DNA of 63,970 nt, filler included, from Klebsormidium nitens (lineage: Eukaryota; Plantae; Klebsormidiophyceae), in assembly GCA_000708835.1 (NCBI GenBank). It is 5 parts of 5 records of this genome, joined end to end, with 100 filler letters (N's around TTAATTAATTAA, not from the genome) between each part and the next. Parts side by side here need not be neighbours in the genome. Positions count along the whole stretch, not along the records: positions 21,481 to 32,806 come from DF238151.1; positions 32,907 to 45,482 come from DF238014.1; 3 more parts are not named here. One strand, written 5' to 3'. This document shows, in pieces, positions 25,601-37,430 of the stretch. The position numbers and the translations under genes were made by a program. The first letter of the stretch is position 1. Every line of letters starts with the position of its first letter. The notes beneath the pieces are model-generated. The model did no database searches. It saw only the letters and a list, made by a program, of their open reading frames with translations, and was not told the DNA's origin.

Positions 25601-28600
25601 AATCGTCCCTTCGGTGACTCTCGTTCAGCATGGGCCGCTGATCCCCACAACTGCGGACGACTCCTTCTACCGGGGCCAGGTCTTCGTCACCCTGAAAGAT
25701 GCTGTCTTTCAGCCCTCGTCCCCCCTCCGCCACTCAGCTGAACTCGTCAGCATAATCCGGTGGGCCATCCGCCACCGGATGTTGCCTCCCAGCATTTTGT
25801 TGGGCTACACCGACGGTGGCCCCGACCACCGCACCACGTATGCATCCGTTCAAATCGCGTGGGTGGCTGTTTGGCTGGCGCTGGACCTAGACTACCTGCT
25901 GATCGTGCGCACAATCCCCTGCAACTCCTGGGTCAACACCGTTGAGCGGAGCATGTCGATCCTCAATCTGGGCATGCAAGGCGTGGCTGTAATGCAAAGC
26001 GCGATGAGCCCCTTCTTTGAGAGACACTTCAGCAAAGCAACGAGTCTGGCCGCGATGCGAGTGGCAGCTAGCAAGGTGGACGGGGGGGAGGAAGCGTGGG
26101 CAGGGGCAATGGAGAGCGTTTTGCGGATGCTGGGCGAACGGCTAGAAAAACTGAGCCTCAAGGAGGAGGCCTTTACAGTGAGGCAACCTGCTTCCCAGCG
26201 GACTTGGACGCCCTTTGGAGCCTAGTTCTGGCCATCGACAACCCCCTGGTTCTTGGCAAACTGCAGGCGGCAAACCTGACCGGAGCGAAGGGTTGGAAGG
26301 CCTTCGTGGCGAAGCACATGCGCTTGGGGCACTACTTCCTCGAAATCCGGAAGTGCACCGATCCCGCCTGCCAGTTCTGCTCCTCCGGGATTCGCACGCC
26401 GGCTGAGGACTGGGAGCAATTGAAACCCTTCCCCAACCCCATGCCCGACCCTGAGAGACCGGGCCACTATCTTCCTTTCGAGAAAGTGTACGGGCAGGAA
26501 ACAACGGAGGCTCACCGCCCGTCGTTGATCAAGGCAACAGCGGAGGCGGCAGCAAAGGATGGAAAGCGGCGCGCCGAGGGGTCGGGTACGGCCGGACGCG
26601 CAAGGGGTGCAGGCGAGAACGGGGCGGCAGAGCCGGCGAGAGCAGCCGGTCAGACAAATGGGGCAGCAACGGCAGGCGGAGCGGTCGAAGTAGGAACTTC
26701 CGGTCGTGGTCGTGGTTGTGGTCGCGGTCGCAGCCGCAGCCGCGGCCGCAGTCTCGGTCGCGGACGTCAGCGGAGTGTCCCAGCTGAAGGCGGGGCAGAA
26801 GGAGGAAGCGGCCGCGGAAGGGGGAGGTCCAGTCCAGCGGAGAGCCGCGTCGGAAAACCGCAGCCTTCCGCAGCCGAGGTGGAAGGGGCGGCAGCAGACG
26901 CTGCGCACGACAAGCTCTTTACGGCGCAAAATGCGAGGGACAGCATCCTCTGCACCGTTTGCGAGAAGCCACGGGTGGTGTACTCTAAGTTCGCACTCAC
27001 CCGAGTGCAGAAAGCAGCCTTGGAAGTACAGGAGGAGACTTTCGACTACATCTGCGGGTCGCCTCTCTTTCCAGATATGCCCTCGACGGTGCTCAGACCT
27101 GCGCATGCGGCTGCAATTGAGGAGGGGGCCGGCTTCAATCCTGTAACGGGGCGCACGACCAACGCCCTACCACCGCAGTTTCTGAACGTGAGGCGAGACA
27201 CGGCCCAGAATCAGCCCATGGTCCAACCGGGCGCAGGCGCAACAACCAATCCATCATTCTCAGGATGCGTAAGCATACCGCCCAGCACAGGATCGACTCT
27301 TTTTCGGAAGGCTTCTTGAGAATGGTTTCGTTGTGCTTCCACTTTGCAGTCGCGTCAATTTGAAGTTTCCTTTAGGATTGTGATTTAGTGTGTGGAACTT
27401 GCCGAGAGCCTTTTGCTTGTACCAGGCCTTTGAAATAAACTTTCAAGCTGAGCAAGTTGCTGCTGCTCGTTGCGGATTGCAGAGAGATGGAAGCGCCAAG
27501 AACTTCAAAGGTTAAGCAGTTTGCTGATAAAGATGTACGGGATGTACTTATCAAGTTATCAAGCACAATTATTGCAACCAACTGTATCCTTCATAACGGT
27601 TCACGTGAACGCTCAAGCAGGTTCCATTGCTCTCAAGTTTGGGATTCCACTGAATGTTTCCCATTCCGTATGGCCAGATGTCAAACTCGCTCGAGTCTTC
27701 CGTTGCTGTAATCAGTCCCCTTCGTTTTCTGCGCAGGCACCTGCTGTCGTGGCGGGCGAGGCAATAGCCGCTTCTGAAGGAGAGGGGCCTCCGTCGGTCG
27801 AAGGCCAGCCGCGGGCCTCCCAAAGCCCCCCGACCTCCGCGGAGGGCCTTCGCCCGCCCCCTCGATCACCACCAACAGAGGAGGTGCTGTCGGATTCAGA
27901 TGACGAACCCATTGCCGCACGCATTCCTGGACCCCGGTCGATCATGCGTCACCCCGCCCAACAAGAGACGCCGCTCCCGAGCGCGCAGCCAGTCGGCGCC
28001 CCCCCCCTCGGACAGGGGACGCCGCTCCCGGCCGCGCTGCCAGTNNNNNNNNNNNNNNNNNNNNNNNNNNNNNNNNNNNNNNNNNNNNNNNNNNNNNNNN
28101 NNNNNNNNNNNNNNNNNNNNNNNNNNNNNNNNNNNNNNNNNNNNNNNNNNNNNNNNNNNNNNNNNNNNNNNNNNNNNNNNNNNNNNNNNNNNNNNNNNNN
28201 NNNNNNNNNNNNNNNNNNNNNNNNNNNNNNNNNNNNNNNNNNNNNNNNNNNNNNNNNNNNNNNNNNNNNNNNNNNNNNNNNNNNNNNNNNNNNNNNNNNN
28301 NNNNNNNNNNNNNNNNNNNNNNNNNNNNNNNNNNNNNNNNNNNNNNNNNNNNNNNNNNNNNNNNNNNNNNNNNNNNNNNNNNNNNNNNNNNNNNNNNNNN
28401 NNNNNNNNNNNNNNNNNNNNNNNNNNNNNNNNNNNNNNNNNNNNNNNNNNNNNNNNNNNNNNNNNNNNNNNNNNNNNNNNNNNNNNNNNNNNNNNNNNNN
28501 NNNNNNNNNNNNNNNNNNNNNNNNNNNNNNNNNNNNNNNNNNNNNNNNNNNNNNNNNNNNNNNNNNNNNNNNNNNNNNNNNNNNNNNNNNNNNNNNNNNN

Positions 28601-29912
28601 NNNNNNNNNNNNNNNNNNNNNNNNNNNNNNNNNNNNNNNNNNNNNNNNNNNNNNNNNNNNNNNNNNNNNNNNNNNNNNNNNNNNNNNNNNNNNNNNNNNN
28701 NNNNNNNNNNNNNNNNNNNNNNNNNNNNNNCAGGAAATGCTATTCCCGGGCGCTCAGCCGGTCCTCGTCCCTTCTAACGGAGACCGGAGGACGCCCCCCG
28801 GTTTGCAGCCTGTCTCCGGCCTTCCTGACGGCCAGTCAACGCCGCTCCCCAACGCCCAGCCAATCGGTCAGGGGGCGCCACTCCTTTCTAACAAAAAATT
28901 GCGTTTTCTCATATTGCACAGGAAAATGAAGTTCATTGATGGGGACTTTTTCAGGCAGTCGCAGTTTGGAATTGAACGAGTGCCATCAACTGCTTAAATT
29001 GGACTCGCTTGTCAGATTCCGAGGAGCAGTCAGAAAAGCCTAGCTTGCCTGTCGCCCTTCTAGCGCTACCCAAACTGGATTTGTGAATACATAGTATAGA
29101 GTGTTCGTGTTCGTGAGAAGTCTACCGATCGTTAATTTACAGCAGATGTCTACGACGTGTGTTAAAAGTCGTCCGTTTCTACCTGTGTACCAGCAACCCC
29201 TACTCCTGCAAGGACGCCCGCTGCCTTTGTGACAGTTGCTCCCATCTTCCGAGCTGCTGTAGCTGCTGGACGTGCAGTTCCGGTTGCGCCAAGTGCTGGC
29301 GCGCGAGCCAACTCTCAGTTCCAAGTGAGAACCAGCCAGGTAATCATCCCGCAACACAAATTCAAGGCCAGCTTACAAGACTGACACGTGCTCGTCGAAC
29401 GTGGTCTTCAAGTCTCGAAGGTCAATAGATTGCGGGACTTGTCACATGCGTTAGTTGTATTTCTGTCCGATCCTGGTTTGACAGCGCTGATCGAGGTTTA
29501 AGTGTTCTAGCAACACAGACCGAAATAGGTCGAAATCTGCATTCTGCGAAGCTTGTCGAACTCTCAGCGCTTATGGTTCCAAGCCCGTTAGAAACCTTTG
29601 CAGGAACCAAGCGTCGTCGCACCTCGGATGGAGGCCATCTTGGCCCATAGAGCGACCCCGTTGCACGAAGTTGCCGTTGTCCGGCAGAAGTTGACATGCG
29701 CATCAGAAGTGGAGAGCACCTACTATTCCAGGGGTGCGTACAAACCGTGTTGCAAGTACTGTGCTGAGTTTGAAGACCTGCACGAGACCGACCCGATACT
29801 GAAGGAGCAGTAGGCCACGGTTTATCCCATTTGCAACGACTGCTTTAGCAAGGGCAGACCAATTGTGACAGCGAGAAAGAATAAGGTGGGCAGGTCTGGA
29901 GTAGGAAGGTGA
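22660..29912 (+). pseudogene. Multi-exon DDE transposase pseudogene
   Basis: Exons ~22660-23643, ~23950-24355, ~24713-24924, ~25341-27190, ~27736 onward and ~29604-29912. Lesions: 1-nt deletion near 24846 (IPS/RWMEFQFWPKN), 1-nt deletion near 26200 (PASQ/DLDALW) and an in-frame TAG at 29811 inside the C-terminal Cys cluster (EQ*ATVYPICNDC). Confidence 0.8.
28045..28730. other. Sized scaffold gap (686 N) within a GC-rich Pro/Gln coding repeat
   Basis: Both flanks encode TPLPxAQPxG(Q)G-type repeats. Confidence 0.85.
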
Positions 29913-30783
29913 TCCTAGTCGGTCAATGTACAAGAGTAGATCGAGCTAGAATAAGTAACTTAATAAAGTATCCAATGGCTTGTTGAAACGCTGAAAGGTT
30001 TTGATTACCTGACCCTTGATCACTGCGGCGTCCTGCCAACCATTAAGCACTTACCAATGATTCTGGGCCATTGAGAGCCATGTCTTCAAGATGTGCGCCG
30101 GGGCTCAACTCCAGCCGCGCAGTTTCACTTTCATCCCAACCTCTTCGCTGTCCATAGGAAAAGTTGCAGTATCATATCGACTCGAAGAGGCACAATGTCC
30201 GACCATGTTGCTTTATGTCGCCTATAGTGAGGGATATAGCATACCACCGAGACGCCGGGATGCATGGCATGAATTATGTGATTCGATTGCAACATGTTCC
30301 AACTCATGCATGACGAGCGACCATGGATGTGGCCGCTTTATTGACGAGCATTTTAGCGCCCGACAACGGACTCGACCATGATGTTGGAAATTATATGCAA
30401 GCATGTTGTTGCAAGCTTTATGCATACGTAATATGCAAGCGGGCACAATACATACATGGAATGACATTAATCTTTTATTTGTGCGCGCAAGCATATCATC
30501 AAAACGTGACAAGTTCAAGACCGTACGCAAGATGTCAGGTTAATCAAGTGGGCTATTATGCGGATCGTACATATGTGGATTTAATTGCATGCTTGCACTT
30601 GTGATTAAACGCAAAGAAAGTCTCGGTATCAAACAGAAGTATCTTAAAAAAACACATCTATATGCGTCTCACTATCCTTCAAGGAGTTGCTCGCATATTA
30701 GTTACATGGGGCTTGGCTGCTTCAAGATCGGCTATTGCTTGCATCGAAGCCCCCAATTTAGTAAGAATCCGACTTTGCCGACG

Positions 30784-30936
30784 AATCAATGGTTTTCGGA
30801 CCATTGATTTGGCCGACGGAAAAGTCCGAGGAACATACCACTAAAATCGATGGTTGCGGCATACCATTGATTTGCCGGGTAACTTCGACTGGAGCAATTT
30901 CACGGTTAAATCAATGGGTCCGCAAACCATTGATTT
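30784..30936. repeat. Three tandem palindromic sites AAATCAATGG(T)-N6-9-(A)CCATTGATTT at 61-64 bp period
   Basis: Arms at 30784-30809, 30844-30873 (one mismatch) and 30908-30936; the spacers between sites differ. Confidence 0.85.
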
Positions 30937-32806
30937 TGCGCGTAACTACGCGGGCACGCTTTCCGCGGCAGATCGACGATCCACGCAGGTCACTGATTTG
31001 GCAGGCAAAGGTAGACAACGAACTTCCCGGGCCAATGAGCGGGACGTGTCGACCATCGAAGTAAGAGAAACATGACGCCGTTGGAGCACAGGGTCCATGT
31101 CTTTGTTGATGTAATTGATCTTGATTAAAAAGGGCCTTAGTGAATTAGAGCCGTTGTGCAAGAGTTTAATCAAATCACGTTTTACAGAACTTTCAAAGTA
31201 TCAAATTTATGCATTGCCATGATCCGACCATCTCAACTGTAGTGCTGATCCATATTTAAACATCAAATTCGAAGATATTCCGGGGATCCTGAGATCCACA
31301 CACAGTGCGTCTGGCCAGATCAATCAATCCTCAAAAGCTAAGGTTACATTTGTGTTTTAATCCATGTTGCGCCATTTGCAGCGCCCCAACGTAATAGTTT
31401 AGTTGGAGCGCGGTCATCTTAATTTGACATGCACAAACCAATCTGATGTGCCCAAAGGAAGCACTGCCGGTCAATTGTCACGTTGGTTGGAGGTACCGTA
31501 CGTGCTCGGTTGCTCGGCACATGTTGCAAGCATACGTGCATTGCAAGGTCGAAGAGATCCTACATACCCTCAAAATTATACTGGCTCGGAGCACGTATGG
31601 TCTAGAGCTAGCACATGCTGGACCAGATTCAGATCGAGCTTGAGAACAATGGGACACGCGCCCCTGAAAATCTGGAAGTGCAGGCTTGGAGCAACTCGTT
31701 GAAGGTCGACTGCACCTACTTCTAAAAACAACCGCTCGTCGTCCAATGAAGAATCGAAAACGGCACGGGCGGTGTCTGCATACATACGGATTCTTGCTGA
31801 ACAATTATCGCGCCCATGTAGCTTTTGGTCAACTGTGGTGTGTGACTCTACGTTGAAGTATGCTATAGTCCTCTCAGACCCGCAGGTGCTCTTCGCTCAG
31901 GTTGAGTTCATCTCAGCTTCAAGAGCTCGATACAAACCTAGCAGGCTGCCAAGCATGTAATCATCTATCAGCGGCCAGCTGCGCGCGGCGGACGATCGGG
32001 GCTGGCTGGCTAACGGATGGCATGCTGAACGCACCAGTCGTCTGATGTGTCTGCACAGATGGACTCGAATGAGGAGATCTACAAACTAGATAGAGACCAA
32101 ATTGAAGATTAAACGGAGAACTTGGGTATGCTGTGAGATTGTAGGAAAGAAAAAGCGGCATCATAGAATGACCAAAAGGAGGTTAAGGGAGAACGGACGG
32201 GCCAACCATTAGGTTACTTTTGAAACGAAGAGCTTGAGTTACAACGGAAGAGCCTCTTACGTCGCCTCTTACTTTCGATCCGGGCTGCGAGGACGGCGTG
32301 ATAGAAGGACGACACGAAGTCATAGGAAGCCGACAGCACGACAAAGAACGTCGGATACGGTGAGCCAACCCCTCAAGCCGACTCTATGTGGGACCCTTCC
32401 GGGAAAACCAACAAAATGTTTGCTTAAATTGTGACGACGATATGATTTGGGCGGATCTTGGCGCTCAGAATTCAGGCCTCAACTGGAAGAGCTTGTCGAG
32501 TGAGCGGTGTGCTGGCGTTTCCAAGTTGCGTGATCATCTTTTGCCCAAACTCTTGGATTTATGCTGATCAACAATTGTAAATGCATGGATTACGTTTGAA
32601 ACAGAGACAGATGGTAGATCAACCAGGGCGCACCTCATAACAGAAGATCAACGCCGCCTATTCCTCCTTTTGCGGGCCGCGGTTCCACCCAAGATGTAAC
32701 GGCACGACTGCGCACCGACTCCCGGCTGCGCGCTGAACTCGCGGCCGCGCATCGTCCGTTATTATACGCTATCGACTTATTGAATCACTACACGCCACGT
32801 GTCCAG

Positions 32807-32906
32807 NNNNNNNNNNNNNNNNNNNNNNNNNNNNNNNNNNNNNNNNNNNNTTAATTAATTAANNNNNNNNNNNNNNNNNNNNNNNNNNNNNNNNNNNNNN
32901 NNNNNN
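32807..32906. other. Artificial 100-bp assembly join
   Basis: N44-TTAATTAATTAA-N44. Confidence 0.95.
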
Positions 32907-33028
32907 GGTCTGCAGACCCTAAGACTAGAACTCAGACCTGAAAAATACATGTTACCAAACAATCAGCTTGCAAGCTCTATAGCTCTCCTCTGCGTGCAAA
33001 CGCTTGCTCTGACCGTCGTCGCCCACTC

Positions 33029-35935
33029 TTACGCATGAGGTTCGTAGCCGGATATCAGTCGAACCCCCGAAAGGCCTTTAAACTGTCCTCGGGATTGTAC
33101 TTGACTATCCGTGAATCGACCGTCTGCAACCACCCGATTCTTGCCTTCAGCATAGTCCAAGATGCGCTTTTTCAGCGCCGTTGCCGACAGAGAGCTAGTC
33201 AAGTCTTCTTCCTTCAACCAAGCTCGGAACACCTCTCCGAGCCGTTCGCCAATGGCTAAGTGCCATGTCGCTCTTTCTCCGGGTTGGATATCTTCGAATT
33301 CGAGACAATCGACGATCCATCGCCTAGCGATGTCCGAGTCGTTGATGTATGCTCTAACGGCTTCTTCCATCACACGAGGTCTGCGCATTAGTGGTAGCGT
33401 GTTGGGATTTGCTCGCTTAAGTTCATGATAACGTCTTGCTCCCTCTGCGTACCATGAAAGACCCTCATCTCGACCTCGGTCGCTTTTCAAGTATGCTTCG
33501 AGAGTAGTATCGATCAGCTTTTGGCGTGGTTTGCTAGAGTCAAGCTTGTCGGGAGGTAAGAAAGTGACCAACATCGGGAGTAGTGCCAAGCGTCGAGTGA
33601 CACAGTAGGATACGTTCTGAAGAATAGGCTTGTAGTTCGTGTTGAGGACGGTCTTCACAGTGAGCTCAAATGTCTCTTGTCTGCTATGCAGCTCGCGCCC
33701 TGTAGTGGTTCCCCCGCTTGATAGGGCTTTCATTGCGGCCTCATTCAAGACTGCTTTCTCTCCCGACTCGTCAGTCTCAGCGAGCCGCCCGCCCCGAAGA
33801 GCCATGATGTGGCTCGAAGCCGCACCAGCCGACCGTTTACCAGCCTCAATGATGCAGTCTTCTGACATAACGACAGCGTAACTGCCTAGAACTTCGAGAC
33901 TTGCTAGCTTTGTCAACGATTTTCCATTAGCTCCATTGCCTTGCTTGACGAGGAACAACTGTTCACTCGTTTCTGCCATCATACAATAGCCGCAGAAAAG
34001 CTGATACCATTCGAGTACTTCTCTGTCATCGTTGAAGCAATCAAGCAGGAACCTCTCGAATCGGCTTCCGGCCTTTGGCATTCCACGAAAAGTTGCTTTT
34101 GACGCGCGTGAACAAAGATGAGCAGGATGAAATGCGAGCAACTTTCCGGTTTCGGTGTCAATGACACCGTTCTGACAGGCAAACAAGAACGGATTAGCAA
34201 TATCCATCATCTCGCTAAGAGGTTGGGGAGCCTGCAAAGAGTTCATGACAAATTCGAGACATACACGAACCTCGGATCCCCGTGTCAGATCCACCAGATC
34301 CCTCTTCGTTGGGAACGGATACGTTTTGTTGACCACCCTCCACGCGGTGCCGCATGCTTTTCTTTCTTCTTCGGTCGTTGGGTTCAATGCCCAATCTGGA
34401 AGGACTAATTCTGGCGTTGATAAGACGTTGTGCTCCGTTGCAGAGCCTCTCATATTTGCGCAGATCTCCTGCTTGAAAGCATTCAATCTCTGTTTCGAAT
34501 ACCAGGTCATGATACGAGCCATGTGGTTGCTGAAGAGGGTTTGTATATGAAACGCGTTATCGATTATCCATCTGCGTCCGTTCCAGTAGTGAAAGCATTT
34601 GCCCTCAGCAATGATGCGTCCGTCGACGAGATACATGGCTGAGAAGATTGCAGCCATGCCTCGATAGCGCTGCGTCACGTTACGCCGAATAAGATTCATG
34701 TGTGCTTCCACATCATCCTGCGACATCGTTCTTATGTTATTTGGAAAGGTACTCCAGTCATGAGTTGGGTGCAGACGTACAGGATTGGCATCCAACAACG
34801 ACACTGGTATCGGGATATTGCCGAGCTCCGTGAGAGGCTTCTCGTTGCATTCGGAGCCAAAGCATCGATAGAATACCGTCCACCCTCGCTTCACAAGAGT
34901 CAGATTGTTGCTACCAGTGTGTTGATGACCATGTATGCAGGTTCGGGGACCATGACAGATGAATGAATAGAGCATACCGTACGAACCGCGGGAGGTCACG
35001 TTGCCAGAGAAGCAAACCTCCGTGCCGAGTCCAGCGTCTTGTAACAGCTGCATCATTGCATCAGCAATCTTCTTGTGCTCGATTGCTTGTCTATTGTGTG
35101 TGTCATCGGTGTCCACTTCCATTTGCATTGTTTCTTCGGCGGTGCTTGATTCAAGCCCCCTTGTTTGCTCGGAATCAGCACCGTTTGCTGACAATTCTTG
35201 GATTCGATCGCTCGAAGTCGACACGAGACTCTTGTTTGCGGATCTCTTAGCAGAATCGTTGAGGAATCGGATCAACCATGATGGAGCTGGTCGGATGTTC
35301 GTCCTTAAGGGTTGTGCGCACCAAGTGTAATTCAATCCAATCTGAGGTGAGCCTGGCGGGGCCAGAACAACGCCTCCGTCTCCGCGCCCATCTATTCCAT
35401 AATACTGGCCCTCGTAGTCTACTCCAGCGAAACACTTCCCTGATTGGAGTCCCTCGTTGAGTGATTCACCGTACGAGAAGTAGTAATGGAGGCCTCCGCT
35501 GGCTGAAGTGGCTCTTAAAGTGTCTGGTTCTCCGTGTTCTGCAATCAATCTATTCCAGAGAGGCATGCCAGCTTGGAGATCTTTTTCTGGTTTGTCTCGT
35601 GTGTCTATATCGAGCACGAAGATGTCTGAAATGGTTCCCGTCTTTATCGCCAGAAAGTTGAATCGATCTTTTTCAATCTTTTCCATGATTCGATCCCTTG
35701 CCATTCTCCAAGCGGACACCGTTCGTATAGCGTCATTGCCTTTCGCATGCGGCATCGTTGCCAGAATGTGCTTCAATCCTTCGTCCGTTGCTTTAACTTT
35801 TGCCGGGATAGCGTATAGTCCTTCTTGTGCATACGCTTCTAACACGTGCGCAATCGAATTCGTTGCCATGCTTTCCACAGACCGAAGGAGGTTCGGAGCC
35901 CCCTTATATTTCCAACCCCAGAAATTTTTTGACAT
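33029..35935 (-). CDS. Bifunctional Prim-Pol + Zn finger + D5-like SF3 helicase (968 aa, intronless, intact)
   Basis: Prim-Pol motifs AIKTG..IFVLDID, SASGGLHYYF and GIDGRGDGGVVLAPP. CHCC-type Zn motif (C..HGHQH..NN..YRCFGSEC). D5_N-like FACQNGVID. Walker A GNGANGKS, Walker B AETDE, motif C VLNTN. Confidence 0.93.
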   Translation of the reverse strand: MSKNFWGWKYKGAPNLLRSVESMATNSIAHVLEAYAQEGLYAIPAKVKATDEGLKHILATMPHAKGNDAIRTVSAWRMARDRIMEKIEKDRFNFLAIKTGTISDIFVLDIDTRDKPEKDLQAGMPLWNRLIAEHGEPDTLRATSASGGLHYYFSYGESLNEGLQSGKCFAGVDYEGQYYGIDGRGDGGVVLAPPGSPQIGLNYTWCAQPLRTNIRPAPSWLIRFLNDSAKRSANKSLVSTSSDRIQELSANGADSEQTRGLESSTAEETMQMEVDTDDTHNRQAIEHKKIADAMMQLLQDAGLGTEVCFSGNVTSRGSYGMLYSFICHGPRTCIHGHQHTGSNNLTLVKRGWTVFYRCFGSECNEKPLTELGNIPIPVSLLDANPVRLHPTHDWSTFPNNIRTMSQDDVEAHMNLIRRNVTQRYRGMAAIFSAMYLVDGRIIAEGKCFHYWNGRRWIIDNAFHIQTLFSNHMARIMTWYSKQRLNAFKQEICANMRGSATEHNVLSTPELVLPDWALNPTTEEERKACGTAWRVVNKTYPFPTKRDLVDLTRGSEVRVCLEFVMNSLQAPQPLSEMMDIANPFLFACQNGVIDTETGKLLAFHPAHLCSRASKATFRGMPKAGSRFERFLLDCFNDDREVLEWYQLFCGYCMMAETSEQLFLVKQGNGANGKSLTKLASLEVLGSYAVVMSEDCIIEAGKRSAGAASSHIMALRGGRLAETDESGEKAVLNEAAMKALSSGGTTTGRELHSRQETFELTVKTVLNTNYKPILQNVSYCVTRRLALLPMLVTFLPPDKLDSSKPRQKLIDTTLEAYLKSDRGRDEGLSWYAEGARRYHELKRANPNTLPLMRRPRVMEEAVRAYINDSDIARRWIVDCLEFEDIQPGERATWHLAIGERLGEVFRAWLKEEDLTSSLSATALKKRILDYAEGKNRVVADGRFTDSQVQSRGQFKGLSGVRLISGYEPHA

Positions 35936-36324
35936 GGAACGCGGCTCTCGACGGAGCCCACGCTTGCAAAGAGGTGTAATTGTCTAGTACGATCGAATCC
36001 AAGGAAGAGCAGCCTGTGCCTCATAAAGTCGCTGCCTCGTCCGTCTGCTTGTCTTGCTTCCCTTCGCAATCGTTCAAGAGCCTTCTTCAAGAGGATCTCG
36101 TCTTTATGTATCTGATAGTAACTCTTCGAATATTCTCTCTTCTTGGCCTGATGCTCGTCCTTATAGATGCTCGCCTCGAGACAAGCAGCACACGTGGTCG
36201 ATCCATGTTTGTGATTCGTCGATTCCATAGCTGGAGTGCAGTTGATGCCTCCTGATAACTCTAACATAGAAAAATTGCTCCTCAGAGAACGCACACAAAG
36301 TACAGAAAGAAGAGAATTGCCCAC
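35839..36324 (-). CDS. Small basic hypothetical protein (KREYSKSYYQIHKDEIL motif), overlapping the primase start
   Basis: Co-oriented between the recombinase and the primase; contains a charged helical motif common in small viral ORFs. Start codon uncertain. Confidence 0.4.
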   Translation of the reverse strand: MGNSLLSVLCVRSLRSNFSMLELSGGINCTPAMESTNHKHGSTTCAACLEASIYKDEHQAKKREYSKSYYQIHKDEILLKKALERLRREARQADGRGSDFMRHRLLFLGFDRTRQLHLFASVGSVESRVPCQKISGVGNIRGLRTSFGLWKAWQRIRLRTC

Positions 36325-37368
36325 TCATTCGAATCGTCTATTATAGAGTTCATCCGCAGTCCTCATGCTATGGCCCATGTATTGTGCCTTTGCTCTCACT
36401 TCACCACGAGACATTAGCTTTGGACTCTGTTCAGTATGTGAGATGTGTCGAAGCAGAGTGCAGCTAAGATTTCTACCAAAATGGCGCTGACCAAGGTCGT
36501 TGAGCACTACGGTGAAGTTCGATACCGGTTCATCTTTCCAGACGAGATAATGCCTCTTAAGGATCAAATGTTTTCTAGGAATCAGATTGAAGGATCTGAG
36601 TATAACCTTTACGAGATCCTCGGGAATTTCAAGGCGCCGAACTCCATCCTTTTCGAGGGTCTTGTGTCGACCGATGTGAAAGAAACAATGCTTGGGATCG
36701 TCCTTCAACTCGACGACGTTGATGTCACCCGGTTCGATCGCAACGCGATCATTCTCGTGATCCCTCATGAAAAAGATGCATTCCGCATATTCATTTCGCA
36801 AAGGTCCCAGCGGCATCGTGTATAGTGAGAGGATCAGATGATCCATCACCAACTGCTTATCATGGCGATCCAAGCGTTCCTTGTTATGGAATCTTGGCAC
36901 GACATAGCGGTTGATCTAATCGTCGAGTTCCGATCCCTTTTCTAAGAGCTCGGCCCAAGGAACCCAGTTGTCGACTTCCTTTGGCGTCTTCCTCTGCATA
37001 GAATGATCGAGCTCCTCCTCGGTTGGCTTCATCCTCTGCATGTACTTCGAGTAAGCCGATTGCGTCTCTCCAGCAGCAAGAATAGCAAAAGGGGCTGCAT
37101 AATTACTCTTCGTCAACGATTTAAGAAGCTTGCCATCACGCGACGTTAGACTCTCAATGGTCGAAATCACCTGCTCGTGATCCTCGATCCAGTCCAGATC
37201 GTTCATCACGTCCGGCCCAAAGTCTCCACTCGCATATACGGTCTTAAGTTGCCTGATGTAAACAGACACCGTTGAATCTGATCTGTTTGGCGGAGCTCCG
37301 CGGAGAACCTTATCAGGAGATTGAACCTTCAGTTTCCTGCGAATCTCTGCTTCGAAATTAGTATCCAT
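36325..37368 (-). pseudogene. Tyrosine recombinase/integrase interrupted by one in-frame TAG (36916-36918)
   Basis: ORFs 36916-37368 and 36325-36900 are in the same frame (ELDD*INRYVVPRF). Catalytic set present: GPLRNEY (R), HKT (K), LLRH (R), MGHS (H), ELYNR (Y). Confidence 0.85.
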
Positions 37369-37430
37369 TGCCGTGAAAGCGCCTCGTTGTTACTAATCAT
37401 TATAGATATTTTTTGTAAGATACAGACGTC

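Larger units (their letters stand above)
21726..29912 (+). mobile_element. Zator-like (TP36-related) DNA transposon, decayed; right end not found
   Basis: Begins TTA|GGCGACTCGAATTAAATTCCCGGTTTCCGGTCTCCGACCGACC, matching the TWA target and 5'-GG terminus described for Zator. Encodes a DDE transposase with HLDDKH..ALDHDF..YTDGGPDH..SWVNTVER motifs. Confidence 0.65.

Noticed and set aside
30784-30936. CRISPR array
   Set aside because: Eukaryotic context, only three units, the palindrome core varies and there are no cas genes; kept only as a palindromic site array.
31500-31785. LDLNLVQHVLALD resembling the Ty3/gypsy RT N-terminal region
   Set aside because: Too short, no YxDD or other RT motifs nearby, and multiple stops.
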